A DNA stretch of 63,864 nucleotides, counting the filler, from an uncultured Methanosarcinales archaeon (GTDB taxonomy: Archaea; Nanobdellota; Nanobdellia; Woesearchaeales; CAYSVS01), in the NCBI GenBank assembly GCA_964434475.1. It is 5 parts of 5 records of this genome, joined end to end, with 100 filler letters (N's around TTAATTAATTAA, not from the genome) between each part and the next. Parts side by side here need not be neighbours in the genome. Positions count along the whole stretch, not along the records: positions 39,212 to 51,586 come from CAYSVS010000039.1; 4 more parts are not named here. The stretch is one strand, 5' to 3'. Position 1 is the stretch's first letter; every line of letters starts with the position of its first letter. The notes below the pieces were generated by a model. That model ran no database searches and had not been told where the DNA came from. It saw only the letters and a program-made list of their open reading frames with translations. Shown in pieces: positions 40,557-50,850 of the stretch. Both the position numbers and the translations under genes were made by a program.

Positions 40557-41534
40557 ATGAGCTATATAGATATCGTAGTATCAGGTCCAGACATGTCTGG
40601 AACAAGCACACAGATAAAAGACATTATTGAATTCTTTCAGATAAAAGGATTGAAAGTAAAGGATATAAGAGGTACAGAGATAGACGCATTATTCCATGCT
40701 GAATTGTTTGAAAAATATAATTCAAATTATTTGAATCTTACACAATTCTTGAAAGATGATTCTGTTCCTGAAGAGTACAAGCAGGATTTTAGGGAGAAAG
40801 CGATTGATCTTTTAGAGGGCTGTGGCGGTACTAATAAAGATCTAAAGGTTGCATCATTTGTTAGGAATAATATCTCTACATACATCGATCCTGATTCTGC
40901 AGATGTATGGATAATGGAAGAACCAACAAAAAGAGGTGCAGGACAGACAAATAGGGTTGTTGAGCAAAATAGAACCCAATTTGGAGGCGAGCTTGATCCT
41001 GTTGCTGCTGCATATTGTCATCAAACATATAGAGTTAGCGAATTTCTTAGATTTAGAAAGATATTAAGAGAAAAAAATAAGGTAATAGTTAGAAGTAGAA
41101 GCGAGGAATCTGCATGCTATCAGATATATGATGAAAACTATCTTAATAATGGCATTGATAGGGATACATATATCGATCTTCCAGGTCATAAGATTGCTTT
41201 TGGTCATCCTCCTACTCACTTATTTTTTGCATGCGCTCCTGAAGATTGGACTGTTGAGCAATATATTACATTAAAAAAAGAAAGAAGCGATGGAAGATTG
41301 AATGATGATCATGAGTTTAATGTGCATTATCAATTATTGGTAAACAAAAGATACGCTTCCAACTGGATAGATGATCTGTATAAAGATGCTTGCACCAAAT
41401 ATTGTTCAAAAACTCCTGAGATGATAAAGTTCAGTTTATATGATTCAAAAGAACAGATCAGGGACTTTTTATATCAAAAGCTTGAGACTATAGTCAAACC
41501 TCAATCATCAGCTTCGGAAACTTCTGCAGAATAA
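40557..41534 (+). CDS. Divergent thymidylate kinase-like P-loop protein
   Basis: VVSGPDMSGTSTQIK, EEPT, IVRSRSEES..YQ; 325 aa with insertion. Confidence 0.6.
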   Translation: MSYIDIVVSGPDMSGTSTQIKDIIEFFQIKGLKVKDIRGTEIDALFHAELFEKYNSNYLNLTQFLKDDSVPEEYKQDFREKAIDLLEGCGGTNKDLKVASFVRNNISTYIDPDSADVWIMEEPTKRGAGQTNRVVEQNRTQFGGELDPVAAAYCHQTYRVSEFLRFRKILREKNKVIVRSRSEESACYQIYDENYLNNGIDRDTYIDLPGHKIAFGHPPTHLFFACAPEDWTVEQYITLKKERSDGRLNDDHEFNVHYQLLVNKRYASNWIDDLYKDACTKYCSKTPEMIKFSLYDSKEQIRDFLYQKLETIVKPQSSASETSAE

Positions 41535-42225
41535 TTTCCTTTAGGTTTTCTAAAAACATTTCAGAAGGTGGATCAATAGCATCAAATCTTTTTACTAAAC
41601 AATTGCCTGGTTGAAACTTAGTTAATGTCCATAAGCAGTTAAAATCCTTAACAATATCTGCAATTTCCAGCAGATCCTCTTTTTTGTACATCAATGATGG
41701 AACTATCAATGTCCTGAACTCAACATAAATATTATAGTTAGTTAATATTTTTAATGATTCTTTTACATCTTTGATTATATCTTGTGTCTCTTTGAAGAAT
41801 GTTTTTGATTTTGTAACCTTGTCAAATATCTCGTTCCTTAAAGGACATTTTAAATCAAAGATAACTTCATCAATTAATTTATCCTTAAACAAACTTTTCA
41901 AGCTATCTGGTTTAGAGCCGTTAGTATTTAATATTGTTTTTAAACCAAACTTTTTTGCAAACTTGCATAGTTCAATCAGAGGCTGCCTTTGTAATGTAGG
42001 TTCTCCACCTGTGAATAATACTGCTTGGATAAGTTTAGAATTATTTTTTATCTTTTCTTTTATCTCTCTTATATCATAAAGATATTCTTCTAGAAATTTT
42101 AGCATTTGAGAAACATTGCAGAAAGGACAGTTAAAATCGCATCCTGCAAAAGATATTACATCGCAAGTTTTTCCTGGCAAATCTATGTTTGAAAGTTCAC
42201 TATATTCTGCGATATATACTTGCAT
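41494..42225 (-). CDS. Radical SAM glycyl-radical activase (NrdG-like)
   Basis: GCDFNCPFCN, TGGEPTLQ, TNGS, DLK, EFRT. Confidence 0.88.
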   Translation of the reverse strand: MQVYIAEYSELSNIDLPGKTCDVISFAGCDFNCPFCNVSQMLKFLEEYLYDIREIKEKIKNNSKLIQAVLFTGGEPTLQRQPLIELCKFAKKFGLKTILNTNGSKPDSLKSLFKDKLIDEVIFDLKCPLRNEIFDKVTKSKTFFKETQDIIKDVKESLKILTNYNIYVEFRTLIVPSLMYKKEDLLEIADIVKDFNCLWTLTKFQPGNCLVKRFDAIDPPSEMFLENLKEIILQKFPKLMIEV

Positions 42226-42227
42226 AG

Positions 42228-42329
42228 CTATTCCTCATCTTGTTCTTTTTTTTCTTTAGCCTCTTTTTTATAAAACTCATCTAATCTTAAACAATTCTTT
42301 TGTGCATTATAGCTAATACCATTATCCAA
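42228..42329 (-). CDS. 33-aa microprotein between dut and the activase
   Basis: TTG start, GAGGTGG RBS, MDNGISYNAQKNCLRLDEFYKKEAKEKKEQDEE*; stops 2 nt before the next ATG. Confidence 0.5.
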   Translation of the reverse strand: MDNGISYNAQKNCLRLDEFYKKEAKEKKEQDEE

Positions 42330-42347
42330 AAAAACCACCTCTTTTTT

Positions 42348-42797
42348 TTATTTGCCTGTGTGTCCAAAACCGCCTTCTCCCCTTTCTGTTTCTGTAAGTT
42401 CATCAACAAGATTCCAATCTGCTTGTGCAACCTTGTTTATAACCATCTGCGCTATCCTTTCACCTCTATTTATTGTGAAAAATTGGCTTCCGTGATTGAT
42501 TAATATTATGCCTACAGGTCCTCTATAATCAGAGTCAACTGTGCCTGGAGAGTTCACTATGCTTATTCCATGCTTTAATGCCAAACCGCTTCTTGGTCTT
42601 ATCTGTGCTTCATATCCGACAGGTAAAGCTATATGTATTCCGCTTGGAACTAATCTGCTCTCTCCTGGCTTTAAAGTTATGGGTTCGTCGATCGCAGCAT
42701 AAAGGTCCATGCCTGCTGCCTGTTCAGTTTTATATACTGGTAATGATAATTCTTTATAATTTTCAGATTTTTTTACGTGTACTTTTACTTTTTCCAT
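42348..42797 (-). CDS. dut: dUTP diphosphatase (trimeric, bacterial-like)
   Basis: [36 protein letters not shown]. Confidence 0.97.
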   Translation of the reverse strand: MEKVKVHVKKSENYKELSLPVYKTEQAAGMDLYAAIDEPITLKPGESRLVPSGIHIALPVGYEAQIRPRSGLALKHGISIVNSPGTVDSDYRGPVGIILINHGSQFFTINRGERIAQMVINKVAQADWNLVDELTETERGEGGFGHTGK

Positions 42798-42873
42798 ATA
42801 AACAACCCCCTCTTGTTTTTATTATCATAAATTATATTTAAACAATACTTTACTTCAGTATATATTAACAATA

Positions 42874-43374
42874 TTATTTTTTGAATTTCATGAAAGATGT
42901 TTTTTCATGATTCAGTATATTGCCTTCTTTAGCATCTATCTTTATGTTGATGGTATTGAATGAACTTGTTACAAAAGTTATGTTCCATATATTGCCAAAA
43001 TCTTTTATATTCTGCAGTATAATCATAGTTTTCAAAGGAAGTTCTTTTGGATAATTTTTTTTTAAACATTCTTTTGCTTTTTTTATAGCATCATCATAAT
43101 ACTTTTTTATTTTATCAAAACCTAATCTTGCGATACTGTCTTCTGGTTTTTTGAAAGGCTCTTGCGGAGTTTCTGCTATTATGTCTTTGTTTGTGACTAT
43201 ATAGGTGCTTACCAGATTAGAATCAGGATTATAGTATCCTATCTGCCAATCATTTTTCATATCTTTTTCCATCATCATAAAAAAATGGCTTAAGTAAGCT
43301 TTAGGATTATTTTTTAAGTATTGCTTAAAGCTTATGTCAGAATTGAGTTTGTCAAGAGCTTCATTGATTTTCAT
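42874..43374 (-). CDS. Hypothetical protein (PepSY-like C-terminus)
   Basis: WQIGYY; WNITF...NIKIDAKEGNIL. Confidence 0.75.
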   Translation of the reverse strand: MKINEALDKLNSDISFKQYLKNNPKAYLSHFFMMMEKDMKNDWQIGYYNPDSNLVSTYIVTNKDIIAETPQEPFKKPEDSIARLGFDKIKKYYDDAIKKAKECLKKNYPKELPLKTMIILQNIKDFGNIWNITFVTSSFNTINIKIDAKEGNILNHEKTSFMKFKK

Positions 43375-43456
43375 AAGAATAAGTTTTCAGAGATGATTTA
43401 TATATTTTGTTATTGTTTATAAATGGATACAATTGTTTTAATTACAAACTAGATTT

Positions 43457-43562
43457 TATACTTTTAATACCCCCTGTCTCATAAAAATAATGGATTATTA
43501 GGACATAAAAAATATTTTAATATTTTTTAGTATATTGGCTGGTTGTGCTTATGAACTGTTGA
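43457..43562 (-). repeat. Dispersed intergenic element, copy 2
   Basis: Same four blocks as 19308-19382, with an extra AT-rich hairpin insert. Confidence 0.8.
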
Positions 43563-43784
43563 AATCCTGTTGTTCTGTAATGGTTTAGGATTTGTAATTG
43601 TAAATATTCATATTTACAAATTAAAGATTAGGCTTATAATTTCTTTTGTCTTAAGAATTCGGATTGCAAAGAAAAAATAGGATAATATCCTTAATTTTGT
43701 TGCGGTTGTGTAGTCTGATTCAGGAATTTTTATTAATTTTTATCAAAAAGCTTTAAAAACAAACCTTCCTTTTCACAATATATA

Positions 43785-44735
43785 ATGGATGAACAAAAAA
43801 AACAAGATTTGGAAAGACAAGGCTATAGGATTGTTGGAAATCATAGCGCGATTAAGGTATGTATGTGGACAAAAAAAGCAATAAGAGCAGAAGATGTCTG
43901 CTATAAACATACTTTTTACGGCATAGAAACACATAGATGTGTTCAGATGACTCCTGCATTACCTTTTTGCAATCATAGGTGTGCTTGGTGCTGGAGAGAT
44001 ATTGATTTTACGAAGATGCAGTGGCAAGGTCCTATAGATGATCCTAAATTTATAGTTGATGAGTCAATAAAAGCACACGTAAAATATCTGCAAGGATTTG
44101 GTGGTACTGAAAAACGTGATGAAACAAATTTTGCTGAATGCCAAAAGCCTTTGCACTTTGCGATTTCATTATCAGGAGAGCCAACAATGTATCCAAGATT
44201 GAACGAGATGATAGATTATCTAAAAGAAAAACAGATGACTTCCTTCCTTGTTACAAACGGCACCAACCCCGAAGCATTAGAAAAATTACAAGGGCATGAG
44301 CCAACGCAGTTATACATCACATTACCTGCTCCTGACGAAGAAACTTATATAAAAAGCTGCTCTCCATTGATAAAAGACGGCTGGGAAAGGATAATGCAGT
44401 CATTAAAAGTTATTGATAAATTAAACACCAGAAAGACAATAAGATTAACATTGGCAAAAGATATCAATATGGTCAAGCCAGAAAAATATGCAGAATTGTT
44501 CAAAGATATAAACGCAGATTTTTTTGAGTTAAAGGCTTATGTATGGGTCGGCTATAGTAGAGAAAGGTTAGCAATAGAAAACATGCCAAGACATGAAGAG
44601 ATAATGCAATTCGCGAAAGAAATAATCGAACACAATCCTGAACTTAAGATAATAGATGAAAAGGAAAACAGTAGAGTTGTTTTATTGATGAGGCAAGACT
44701 CAAAAGATAGGGTGATGAATTTTGATGGAAGATGA
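43785..44735 (+). CDS. taw1: 4-demethylwyosine synthase (Taw1/TYW1)
   Basis: HSAIKVCMWTK, CYKHTFYGI.THRC.QMTP, CNHRCAWCWR, SLSGEPT. Confidence 0.96.
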   Translation: MDEQKKQDLERQGYRIVGNHSAIKVCMWTKKAIRAEDVCYKHTFYGIETHRCVQMTPALPFCNHRCAWCWRDIDFTKMQWQGPIDDPKFIVDESIKAHVKYLQGFGGTEKRDETNFAECQKPLHFAISLSGEPTMYPRLNEMIDYLKEKQMTSFLVTNGTNPEALEKLQGHEPTQLYITLPAPDEETYIKSCSPLIKDGWERIMQSLKVIDKLNTRKTIRLTLAKDINMVKPEKYAELFKDINADFFELKAYVWVGYSRERLAIENMPRHEEIMQFAKEIIEHNPELKIIDEKENSRVVLLMRQDSKDRVMNFDGR

Positions 44736-45475
44736 ATTATGAACAAATGCTTAAAATTTTGAGAAAAGAAGATTCTCTTCATATTTTTGATAATTCTGTT
44801 TTTTATCCTAAGGTAGAAAAAGGAAAATATGCGCTTATGGAAAGCAGTGTAAAATGCTATGTTGATGAAAGATTTTCTAAGGACTTGATATTTTTCCTGA
44901 AACATATGTCTTGTATGCACGGAATTAATGAAGCTGAACAATCATTATTGAACAAAAAGTATAAAGAATCATTGGTTGCAGATATAAATTTATTTTGCAC
45001 CACTTTAGAAAAAGCAGTTGATGATTTATTGTTTCAGATGGACAAAAACACGGTTGTTAAGCAAAGAACAAGTATGCTGGATAAAATTTTATATTTTCAT
45101 AATCCTGATGATTCAAATAACATCTCTCTTTTTCATAGTCAAATATGCTATATGTTTTATGAAAGAATAGAACATATTTATGGTAAGATAATGGAAAAAG
45201 GGCTGTTTTTTGATAATAGTGATACAAGACAGTATAAACATCTAAAAGATTTTTTTGAAACTTCTGGTTTGAAAGATAATAAATATGTTTTAAAAGTAAC
45301 AAATATGTTATCTGCTTCATCTATACAAGAAAAACCTCTGGTGATTTGGTCAGATTCAAAGCGATTAAAAGTATTGGTGGATCAAGCTTTTTATGGACCT
45401 ATTAAGTTTCCTGGTGTTGTGATAAGAAGTCCTTCTTTGTCAAAAAAATATAAAAGACTATTTTCTAAACCCTGA
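44732..45475 (+). CDS. Hypothetical protein
   Basis: 247-aa ORF with ATGA overlap to taw1. Confidence 0.65.
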   Translation: MNYEQMLKILRKEDSLHIFDNSVFYPKVEKGKYALMESSVKCYVDERFSKDLIFFLKHMSCMHGINEAEQSLLNKKYKESLVADINLFCTTLEKAVDDLLFQMDKNTVVKQRTSMLDKILYFHNPDDSNNISLFHSQICYMFYERIEHIYGKIMEKGLFFDNSDTRQYKHLKDFFETSGLKDNKYVLKVTNMLSASSIQEKPLVIWSDSKRLKVLVDQAFYGPIKFPGVVIRSPSLSKKYKRLFSKP

Positions 45476-46058
45476 TTATTCTTCCTTTCCACCCGGGATT
45501 TATTATAAGACTTTTGCCAATCTTATCTTTTTTCCCTTCGTTCTCATGCAGATGTCCACAGATTACAATATCAGGCTTGGCTTTTTTTATGAATTTTCGG
45601 TAGCTTTTATTGCCTGCTCTTTCTCCATGTATCTTGTCGCATTCTGTTTTATAGGGTGGCTGGTGTATAACAAAAACAACCTTTTTATGTTTTGCAGCTG
45701 ATTTCTCAAATCTTTCAGAGATTTTTTCAAAATCTTCGCTTGTCGAAGAAAAACCTCCTCCTCCATGTCCCAGAAAAAGCACGTCTTTATACACAAAAGT
45801 TTTTTTATGTATGTTGACTATATTCTTATATCTTTTAGCCATCCTTTTCATGTCTTTTTCATCTTCATGATTTCCATGTACTATAAGGACAAGCCTTTTT
45901 AATTTGTTGAGTTTAGAGAAGATCTTATCCATATCTTTTCCAAAGATAGTCATATCTCCTGCAAACACAGCTAATTCCACGTTACTTAACTTCTTTTTTT
46001 TGATATTGTTGAGCTTATCCAAATCTCCATGCAGGTCAGCGTTAGCGTATATCTTCAT
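45465..46058 (-). CDS. Metallophosphoesterase
   Basis: ADLHG, AGD, HGNHE, HQPP, CGHLHE, NPG. Confidence 0.93.
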   Translation of the reverse strand: MKIYANADLHGDLDKLNNIKKKKLSNVELAVFAGDMTIFGKDMDKIFSKLNKLKRLVLIVHGNHEDEKDMKRMAKRYKNIVNIHKKTFVYKDVLFLGHGGGGFSSTSEDFEKISERFEKSAAKHKKVVFVIHQPPYKTECDKIHGERAGNKSYRKFIKKAKPDIVICGHLHENEGKKDKIGKSLIINPGWKGRIIRV

Positions 46059-46161
46059 GAAAAAAAATAAATTGGTCTGATATTTAAATCTTTCATTTGA
46101 TTAAATATGAAAAAGTATATAAATATAATAACATTATATTGTTAAAAAGAGAGGTGTCAGA

Positions 46162-47415
46162 TTGGAACTTGCTATATTATACAAACTATTGAATATTATT
46201 TTGATTTCTGCTGCTTTAGGTACTTTAATAGGATTAGAGCGTGAGATGAGCCAGAAGCATTTTAAAATAAGAAGGTTTGCAGGAATTAGAACATTTATAC
46301 TGATTACTTTATTTGGAACATTGAGTGCGTTTCTTGCAGAGAAATACTCTGACTGGTTTTTGATAATCTCTTTCCTTGGATTTTTCTTGTTCATCATTTC
46401 TTCATATGTTGTAGCGTCAGCAAGGTTTAAAGAAACAGGCTCAACCACTGAGTTTGCAGCTATTTTAGCTTTCATCATAGGAGTCATGTGTTATCAGCAA
46501 TACTTTAAGATATCCATTATCCTTGCTATATTGGTAACTATATTATTGTCTATAAAAATAATTTCGCATAAGTTTGCAAAGACAATGAAGAGAGAGGAAT
46601 TTTATGCTGCCCTTAAATTTGGCATAATAGCTTTTGTACTTCTTCCTCTTTTGCCTAATAAGATATATGGTCCATATGATGTATTTAATCCTTATATTAT
46701 CTGGCTTATGGTTGTTTTCATATCAAGCATAAGTTTTGTCGGCTATATTCTTGTCAAGTTCATAGGCCAGAAAAGAGGTATTGGGTTGACAGGATTTTTA
46801 GGAGGTTTGGTATCTAGTACGGCTGTTACTATGTCTTTTTCAGAGAGAAGTAAAAAATCTAGAATAGATAATCCTCTTGTTTTAGGAACATTGGTCGCAA
46901 GCGCAACAAAATTCTTAAGGGTATTGTTTGTTGTTTTTGTATTGAACAGAGCTTTGCTTGATTCTTTGATACTGCCTTTGGTCGTAATGTTTGTAGTTTC
47001 TTTTATTATATCTTATGTTTTCTACAGGATGCCTTCCAAAGATTTAAAGCACAAAATAGAACTCGAAAGTCCATTCGCTTTAGCTCCTGCATTGAAGTTT
47101 GGTGCTTTTTTTGTAGCTATATTATATATAAGCAAGATTTCACTTACCTATTTTGCAGAAAAAGGAATCTATGCGACTGCATTATTCTCTGGGATTGCAG
47201 ATGTTGATGCGATTACTGTTACTATGTCTCAACTTGGAGGAACCGATATTTTGTTGAGTGTTGCTGCTATTGCAATAATGTTGTCTGTCTTTATTAACCT
47301 GATTATAAAGGCAGCCATAGGATATATGTTTGGCAGCAGAAGTTTTGCACACAAGTTAGGATTGGCAACTTTGATAATAATCATCTCAGGAATCTTGCCT
47401 TTGTTCTTATTTTAA
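46162..47415 (+). CDS. MgtC/SapB-DUF4010 membrane protein
   Basis: IGLERE, AGIRTF, TTE, GGLVSSTAVT, GIADVDAIT. Confidence 0.92.
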   Translation: MELAILYKLLNIILISAALGTLIGLEREMSQKHFKIRRFAGIRTFILITLFGTLSAFLAEKYSDWFLIISFLGFFLFIISSYVVASARFKETGSTTEFAAILAFIIGVMCYQQYFKISIILAILVTILLSIKIISHKFAKTMKREEFYAALKFGIIAFVLLPLLPNKIYGPYDVFNPYIIWLMVVFISSISFVGYILVKFIGQKRGIGLTGFLGGLVSSTAVTMSFSERSKKSRIDNPLVLGTLVASATKFLRVLFVVFVLNRALLDSLILPLVVMFVVSFIISYVFYRMPSKDLKHKIELESPFALAPALKFGAFFVAILYISKISLTYFAEKGIYATALFSGIADVDAITVTMSQLGGTDILLSVAAIAIMLSVFINLIIKAAIGYMFGSRSFAHKLGLATLIIIISGILPLFLF

Positions 47416-48599
47416 GCATATTCATAATAATCTTCAAGTATTATCTTGTCCAATTCATCTATATTTTTGCAAACATAGAATTTTCCGTCTCCTGTTTCAG
47501 ATATCTTTCTTCCTAATTTTTCTCCTTTTTTATCTAATCCTATGCCTATCAAGCTTACGCTGATATTATTTGCTCTTGCACTGCTCACTGCCTTTAAAGT
47601 TTCTTTTTCTGGGTTTTTGCCAATTGTCGGTAAAGCATCGCTTAAGAGTATTATGTGCTTTGTAGTATCATTATCTTCAGGAAACAATTCTATCGCTTTG
47701 CTCAAAGTAGCAGGGATATCTGTCTCTTTGCTCGCTTTTACAGATGTTATTTCCTTTAGTATAGATCCAAAATCCTGTGTTGGTCTTATTATTTCTTTTA
47801 TCTCTGCTCCGAATGTTATCAATCCTACCATATCCTTGTTGTCTATTGCTTTGAAAGCCAATGCGATGCCTGCTTTTTTTGCAGCATCTATTTTTTTTCC
47901 TCTCATGCTTCCTGATGCATCTAAAGCATAGACTATATGCAGTTGTCCTTTGCTTTGTCTTTCAAAAGTTTTTAGATCTTCTTTGACAATCTTTTTATGT
48001 CCTCTTCTTACTGCTGTCTTTATGCTTTTCTTAAGCGCAAAATCTTTGAATCTGTCGCCTTTCTTGTATTTTTTTGTATCTTGCTTTTCACCATAGTGGC
48101 TTGTCTTTTTATGAAGCCTTTCTCCCATGCTTCCTTTTGGAATTATATTGTCAAGTTCTTCCATATAAAGTGTCAATGAAGCGAGTTCTATGCCTGCAGA
48201 ATTTATGACTCCTTCTTTTGTCAACACTTTGTCGTCTTTTAGTTTTTGGATATTGTCTTCTATTCTTTTTTTGATCTCTCTTTGGAATTCAGGGATATTT
48301 ATGTTTCTTTCAACATAGCCTTCTCCATATCCTGTAACTAAGCTGATCAATTTTGGACCGTACAGGTTTTTTGCAAGATTATAGTTTTTTACGAGGTTCT
48401 GGAACATAATATCTGGAGTAAAGCTTCCTATGCCTTGGTTTATGGCTTCCTTTATCGTCTTGCCTTCATCTATCTTTTGTTTATCGTTTTCAATAACAGA
48501 ATGCATAAGTTTTTCTTCAACATTGTTTGTTTTAAGTTTGCCGGATAATTCTTCTATCTCTGAGAACTCTTTTACTTCTGTATCGACATCAGGGAACAT
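47412..48599 (-). CDS. VWA-domain protein (chelatase D subunit-like partner)
   Basis: MIDAS DASGSM, T, LLSDA. Confidence 0.9.
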   Translation of the reverse strand: MFPDVDTEVKEFSEIEELSGKLKTNNVEEKLMHSVIENDKQKIDEGKTIKEAINQGIGSFTPDIMFQNLVKNYNLAKNLYGPKLISLVTGYGEGYVERNINIPEFQREIKKRIEDNIQKLKDDKVLTKEGVINSAGIELASLTLYMEELDNIIPKGSMGERLHKKTSHYGEKQDTKKYKKGDRFKDFALKKSIKTAVRRGHKKIVKEDLKTFERQSKGQLHIVYALDASGSMRGKKIDAAKKAGIALAFKAIDNKDMVGLITFGAEIKEIIRPTQDFGSILKEITSVKASKETDIPATLSKAIELFPEDNDTTKHIILLSDALPTIGKNPEKETLKAVSSARANNISVSLIGIGLDKKGEKLGRKISETGDGKFYVCKNIDELDKIILEDYYEYA

Positions 48600-49620
48600 C
48601 CCCCTTTTTGATTTCCTTAGCTACATCGCTCTTCATAACTTCTTCAAATTTCTCTTCTATAAATTCTTCAGGAGATTTTAGGTATTTTACGCTTGGTTTC
48701 AACCTTATCCTGTGTGCTAACACACTGACTATACTTTCCTTAAAATCAGTATATTCTACTTTTTTATTGCCTTTTATCCTTGCATTAGCCTGGCTTCTTT
48801 CGTATAGCCCCATACTTGCTCTTACGCTAGGTTTTTTTGCAACATCTTTGCTTTCTCTTAATGTCCTGACAAAATATATCATAAGATGCAGTAATTCTTT
48901 AGGTACTTCAACAAGGTTACTTGATTTTTCAACAACGATCTTTTTTTCGATATCTATCTTGTTAGGATAGTCCATATAAATTACATCAAACCTGTCCAAC
49001 AATACATCGCTTAGTTTTTCTGAAGCGCTGTCTTCTGGATTCATAGTTGCTATGAAAAGAAAATTAGCGTCAAAGTCTATATTATAAGAGCCTATAGTGC
49101 ATTTTCTTTCCTGCAGAACCTGTAACAATGCATTCTGAAGTTTTTCAGGGCATCTGTTCAATTCATCAAAAAACAGTACACCGTTGTTTGCTTTGAATAT
49201 TTTTCCTGGCGTAAACGCTTCTAAGGATAGTGCTCCAAACTTCATGGCCTTGATAGGATCAATATCTCCTAATAGATCCTCAACAGTTAAATCTGGTGAA
49301 CCTTGAACGCGGATAAATCTCTCTTCTCCCGAGATCTTCTTGACATTCGGTTTTTTTTCATTTTTACATGACGAGCATATAGGGTCTTTAGGTGAGCAAT
49401 GGAATGCACAGCCTTCAACAACTTCAGTTGCTGGCAGTATTTTTGCGATGTTCTTAGCTAAAGTTGTCTTTCCTATACCTGGATTACCAACTATAAGTAC
49501 GTTCCGATCCATAAGTAAAGCTGATTTAAGCTGTTTTTTTACTTCATCTTGTCCTATAATATCTGCGAAGATGTCTTTTTCTTCCAAAAGTTTTTTTTGC
49601 ATTTGTTCTTGTAGTTTCAT
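48589..49620 (-). CDS. AAA+ ATPase, Mg-chelatase I/MoxR-like
   Basis: GNPGIGKT, FDELNR, LQNALLQ, ATMNPE, LLDRF. Confidence 0.92.
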   Translation of the reverse strand: MKLQEQMQKKLLEEKDIFADIIGQDEVKKQLKSALLMDRNVLIVGNPGIGKTTLAKNIAKILPATEVVEGCAFHCSPKDPICSSCKNEKKPNVKKISGEERFIRVQGSPDLTVEDLLGDIDPIKAMKFGALSLEAFTPGKIFKANNGVLFFDELNRCPEKLQNALLQVLQERKCTIGSYNIDFDANFLFIATMNPEDSASEKLSDVLLDRFDVIYMDYPNKIDIEKKIVVEKSSNLVEVPKELLHLMIYFVRTLRESKDVAKKPSVRASMGLYERSQANARIKGNKKVEYTDFKESIVSVLAHRIRLKPSVKYLKSPEEFIEEKFEEVMKSDVAKEIKKGDVP

Positions 49621-49719
49621 GATGCCCTAATTTATACGGACAGAAGTTTATAAAAGTATCTTTTTTAAGTGAGCATTTGATAATATCAATATAGTATATT
49701 ATTATTTCAATATAAATTT

Positions 49720-50310
49720 CTAAATCAATCCCAATAATAACAATACTACTCCCGCAATAATAGGCATAATTACATTGTCATCTATTGGCTCGCCTTTCAC
49801 TTCATCTATGCTCTCTGCTATCATTGCTATCGTTGAAGCTATCAAAGCTTTCCACCATACTACAAACAGCATAGCACCTAATGTTCCTGCAATTATCCCT
49901 GCCAACAATCCTTCAAAATATCTTACATTGCTGAACGGATGCTTGAATCTTCCAAAATGCCCTACCATAGGTCCTATAGAATCGCCTAATGTAAGTATCA
50001 TTATCGAAGCAAGTGCAATCCTTTTCTCAAATATCAGAATTGTTGTCAATATACCTATAATCATATATATCGCGCCTTTGCCGGGCATCTCCTTGAAATC
50101 TTTTGGCCTGTCGAAGTTTTTTAGAAACTTATCTATTATCGGAATGTTCTTTCCTCTGCTTACCAAAGACAAACCTAATCCTAAACATAATATAAGAAAT
50201 ATGAAGTATTCATTGAAAATATTAAAGTATAGTATAGCTAAGAAAAACAATCCTGTTAAGATATGGAACATTTGCCTTTTCATCTCTAGTTTGCTTATCA
50301 TCTTTACCAC
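49720..50310 (-). CDS. Dolichol/phytol kinase (SEC59/VTE5 family)
   Basis: RQMFHI, LTLGDS, RYFEG, IDDNV. Confidence 0.88.
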   Translation of the reverse strand: MVKMISKLEMKRQMFHILTGLFFLAILYFNIFNEYFIFLILCLGLGLSLVSRGKNIPIIDKFLKNFDRPKDFKEMPGKGAIYMIIGILTTILIFEKRIALASIMILTLGDSIGPMVGHFGRFKHPFSNVRYFEGLLAGIIAGTLGAMLFVVWWKALIASTIAMIAESIDEVKGEPIDDNVIMPIIAGVVLLLLGLI

Positions 50311-50849
50311 TTATATTTTTTTTCAAGGCTGAAAAATATATCTCCAACAGTATATCCTAATAATGCTCCTCCTACAACATCGCTAAAAAAATGCTGATTA
50401 AAATAAATTCTGCTTATTCCGACAACAACTGCAAAAACTATCCAGAACCATTTTATTTTTTTAAATTTTCTGTTCAGTATGGGCAGTGCTGAAAAAGCTA
50501 ATGAAGTGTGCAGACTGGGAAAAGAATATATGAAGAGATCGTTTAACATTATTCCTGCAGCTATGTCTGGTCTTGTTCTTGCAATTATCATTTTTAATGA
50601 AATAGTAATTATTATAGTGACAAATGCACTTATGAACAATGGCAGTATCCATTTTTTCTTCTTTTCTTCATAAAGAAAAGCTGCTCCTATTAGTATGAAA
50701 AGCGTGAATATGGTTATGAAATCAAAAATACTTTCAAACGCATAATCTATTGCAGCATGCTTTGGTATCAGAATATGCTTATCGATAAAAAAACTGATTA
50801 TAAGAATCAATACTGCTATGCTGTATCCTATTATTTTTTTGTTTTTCAT
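50304..50849 (-). CDS. PAP2 family phosphatase
   Basis: K...ARTRP, SFPSLH, SRIYFNQHFFSDV. Confidence 0.9.
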   Translation of the reverse strand: MKNKKIIGYSIAVLILIISFFIDKHILIPKHAAIDYAFESIFDFITIFTLFILIGAAFLYEEKKKKWILPLFISAFVTIIITISLKMIIARTRPDIAAGIMLNDLFIYSFPSLHTSLAFSALPILNRKFKKIKWFWIVFAVVVGISRIYFNQHFFSDVVGGALLGYTVGDIFFSLEKKYKW

Positions 50850-50850
50850 T

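Noticed and set aside
44732..45475. PIN-domain assignment (HIFDNSVF)
   Set aside because: Only one weak motif; the other acidic residues could not be placed
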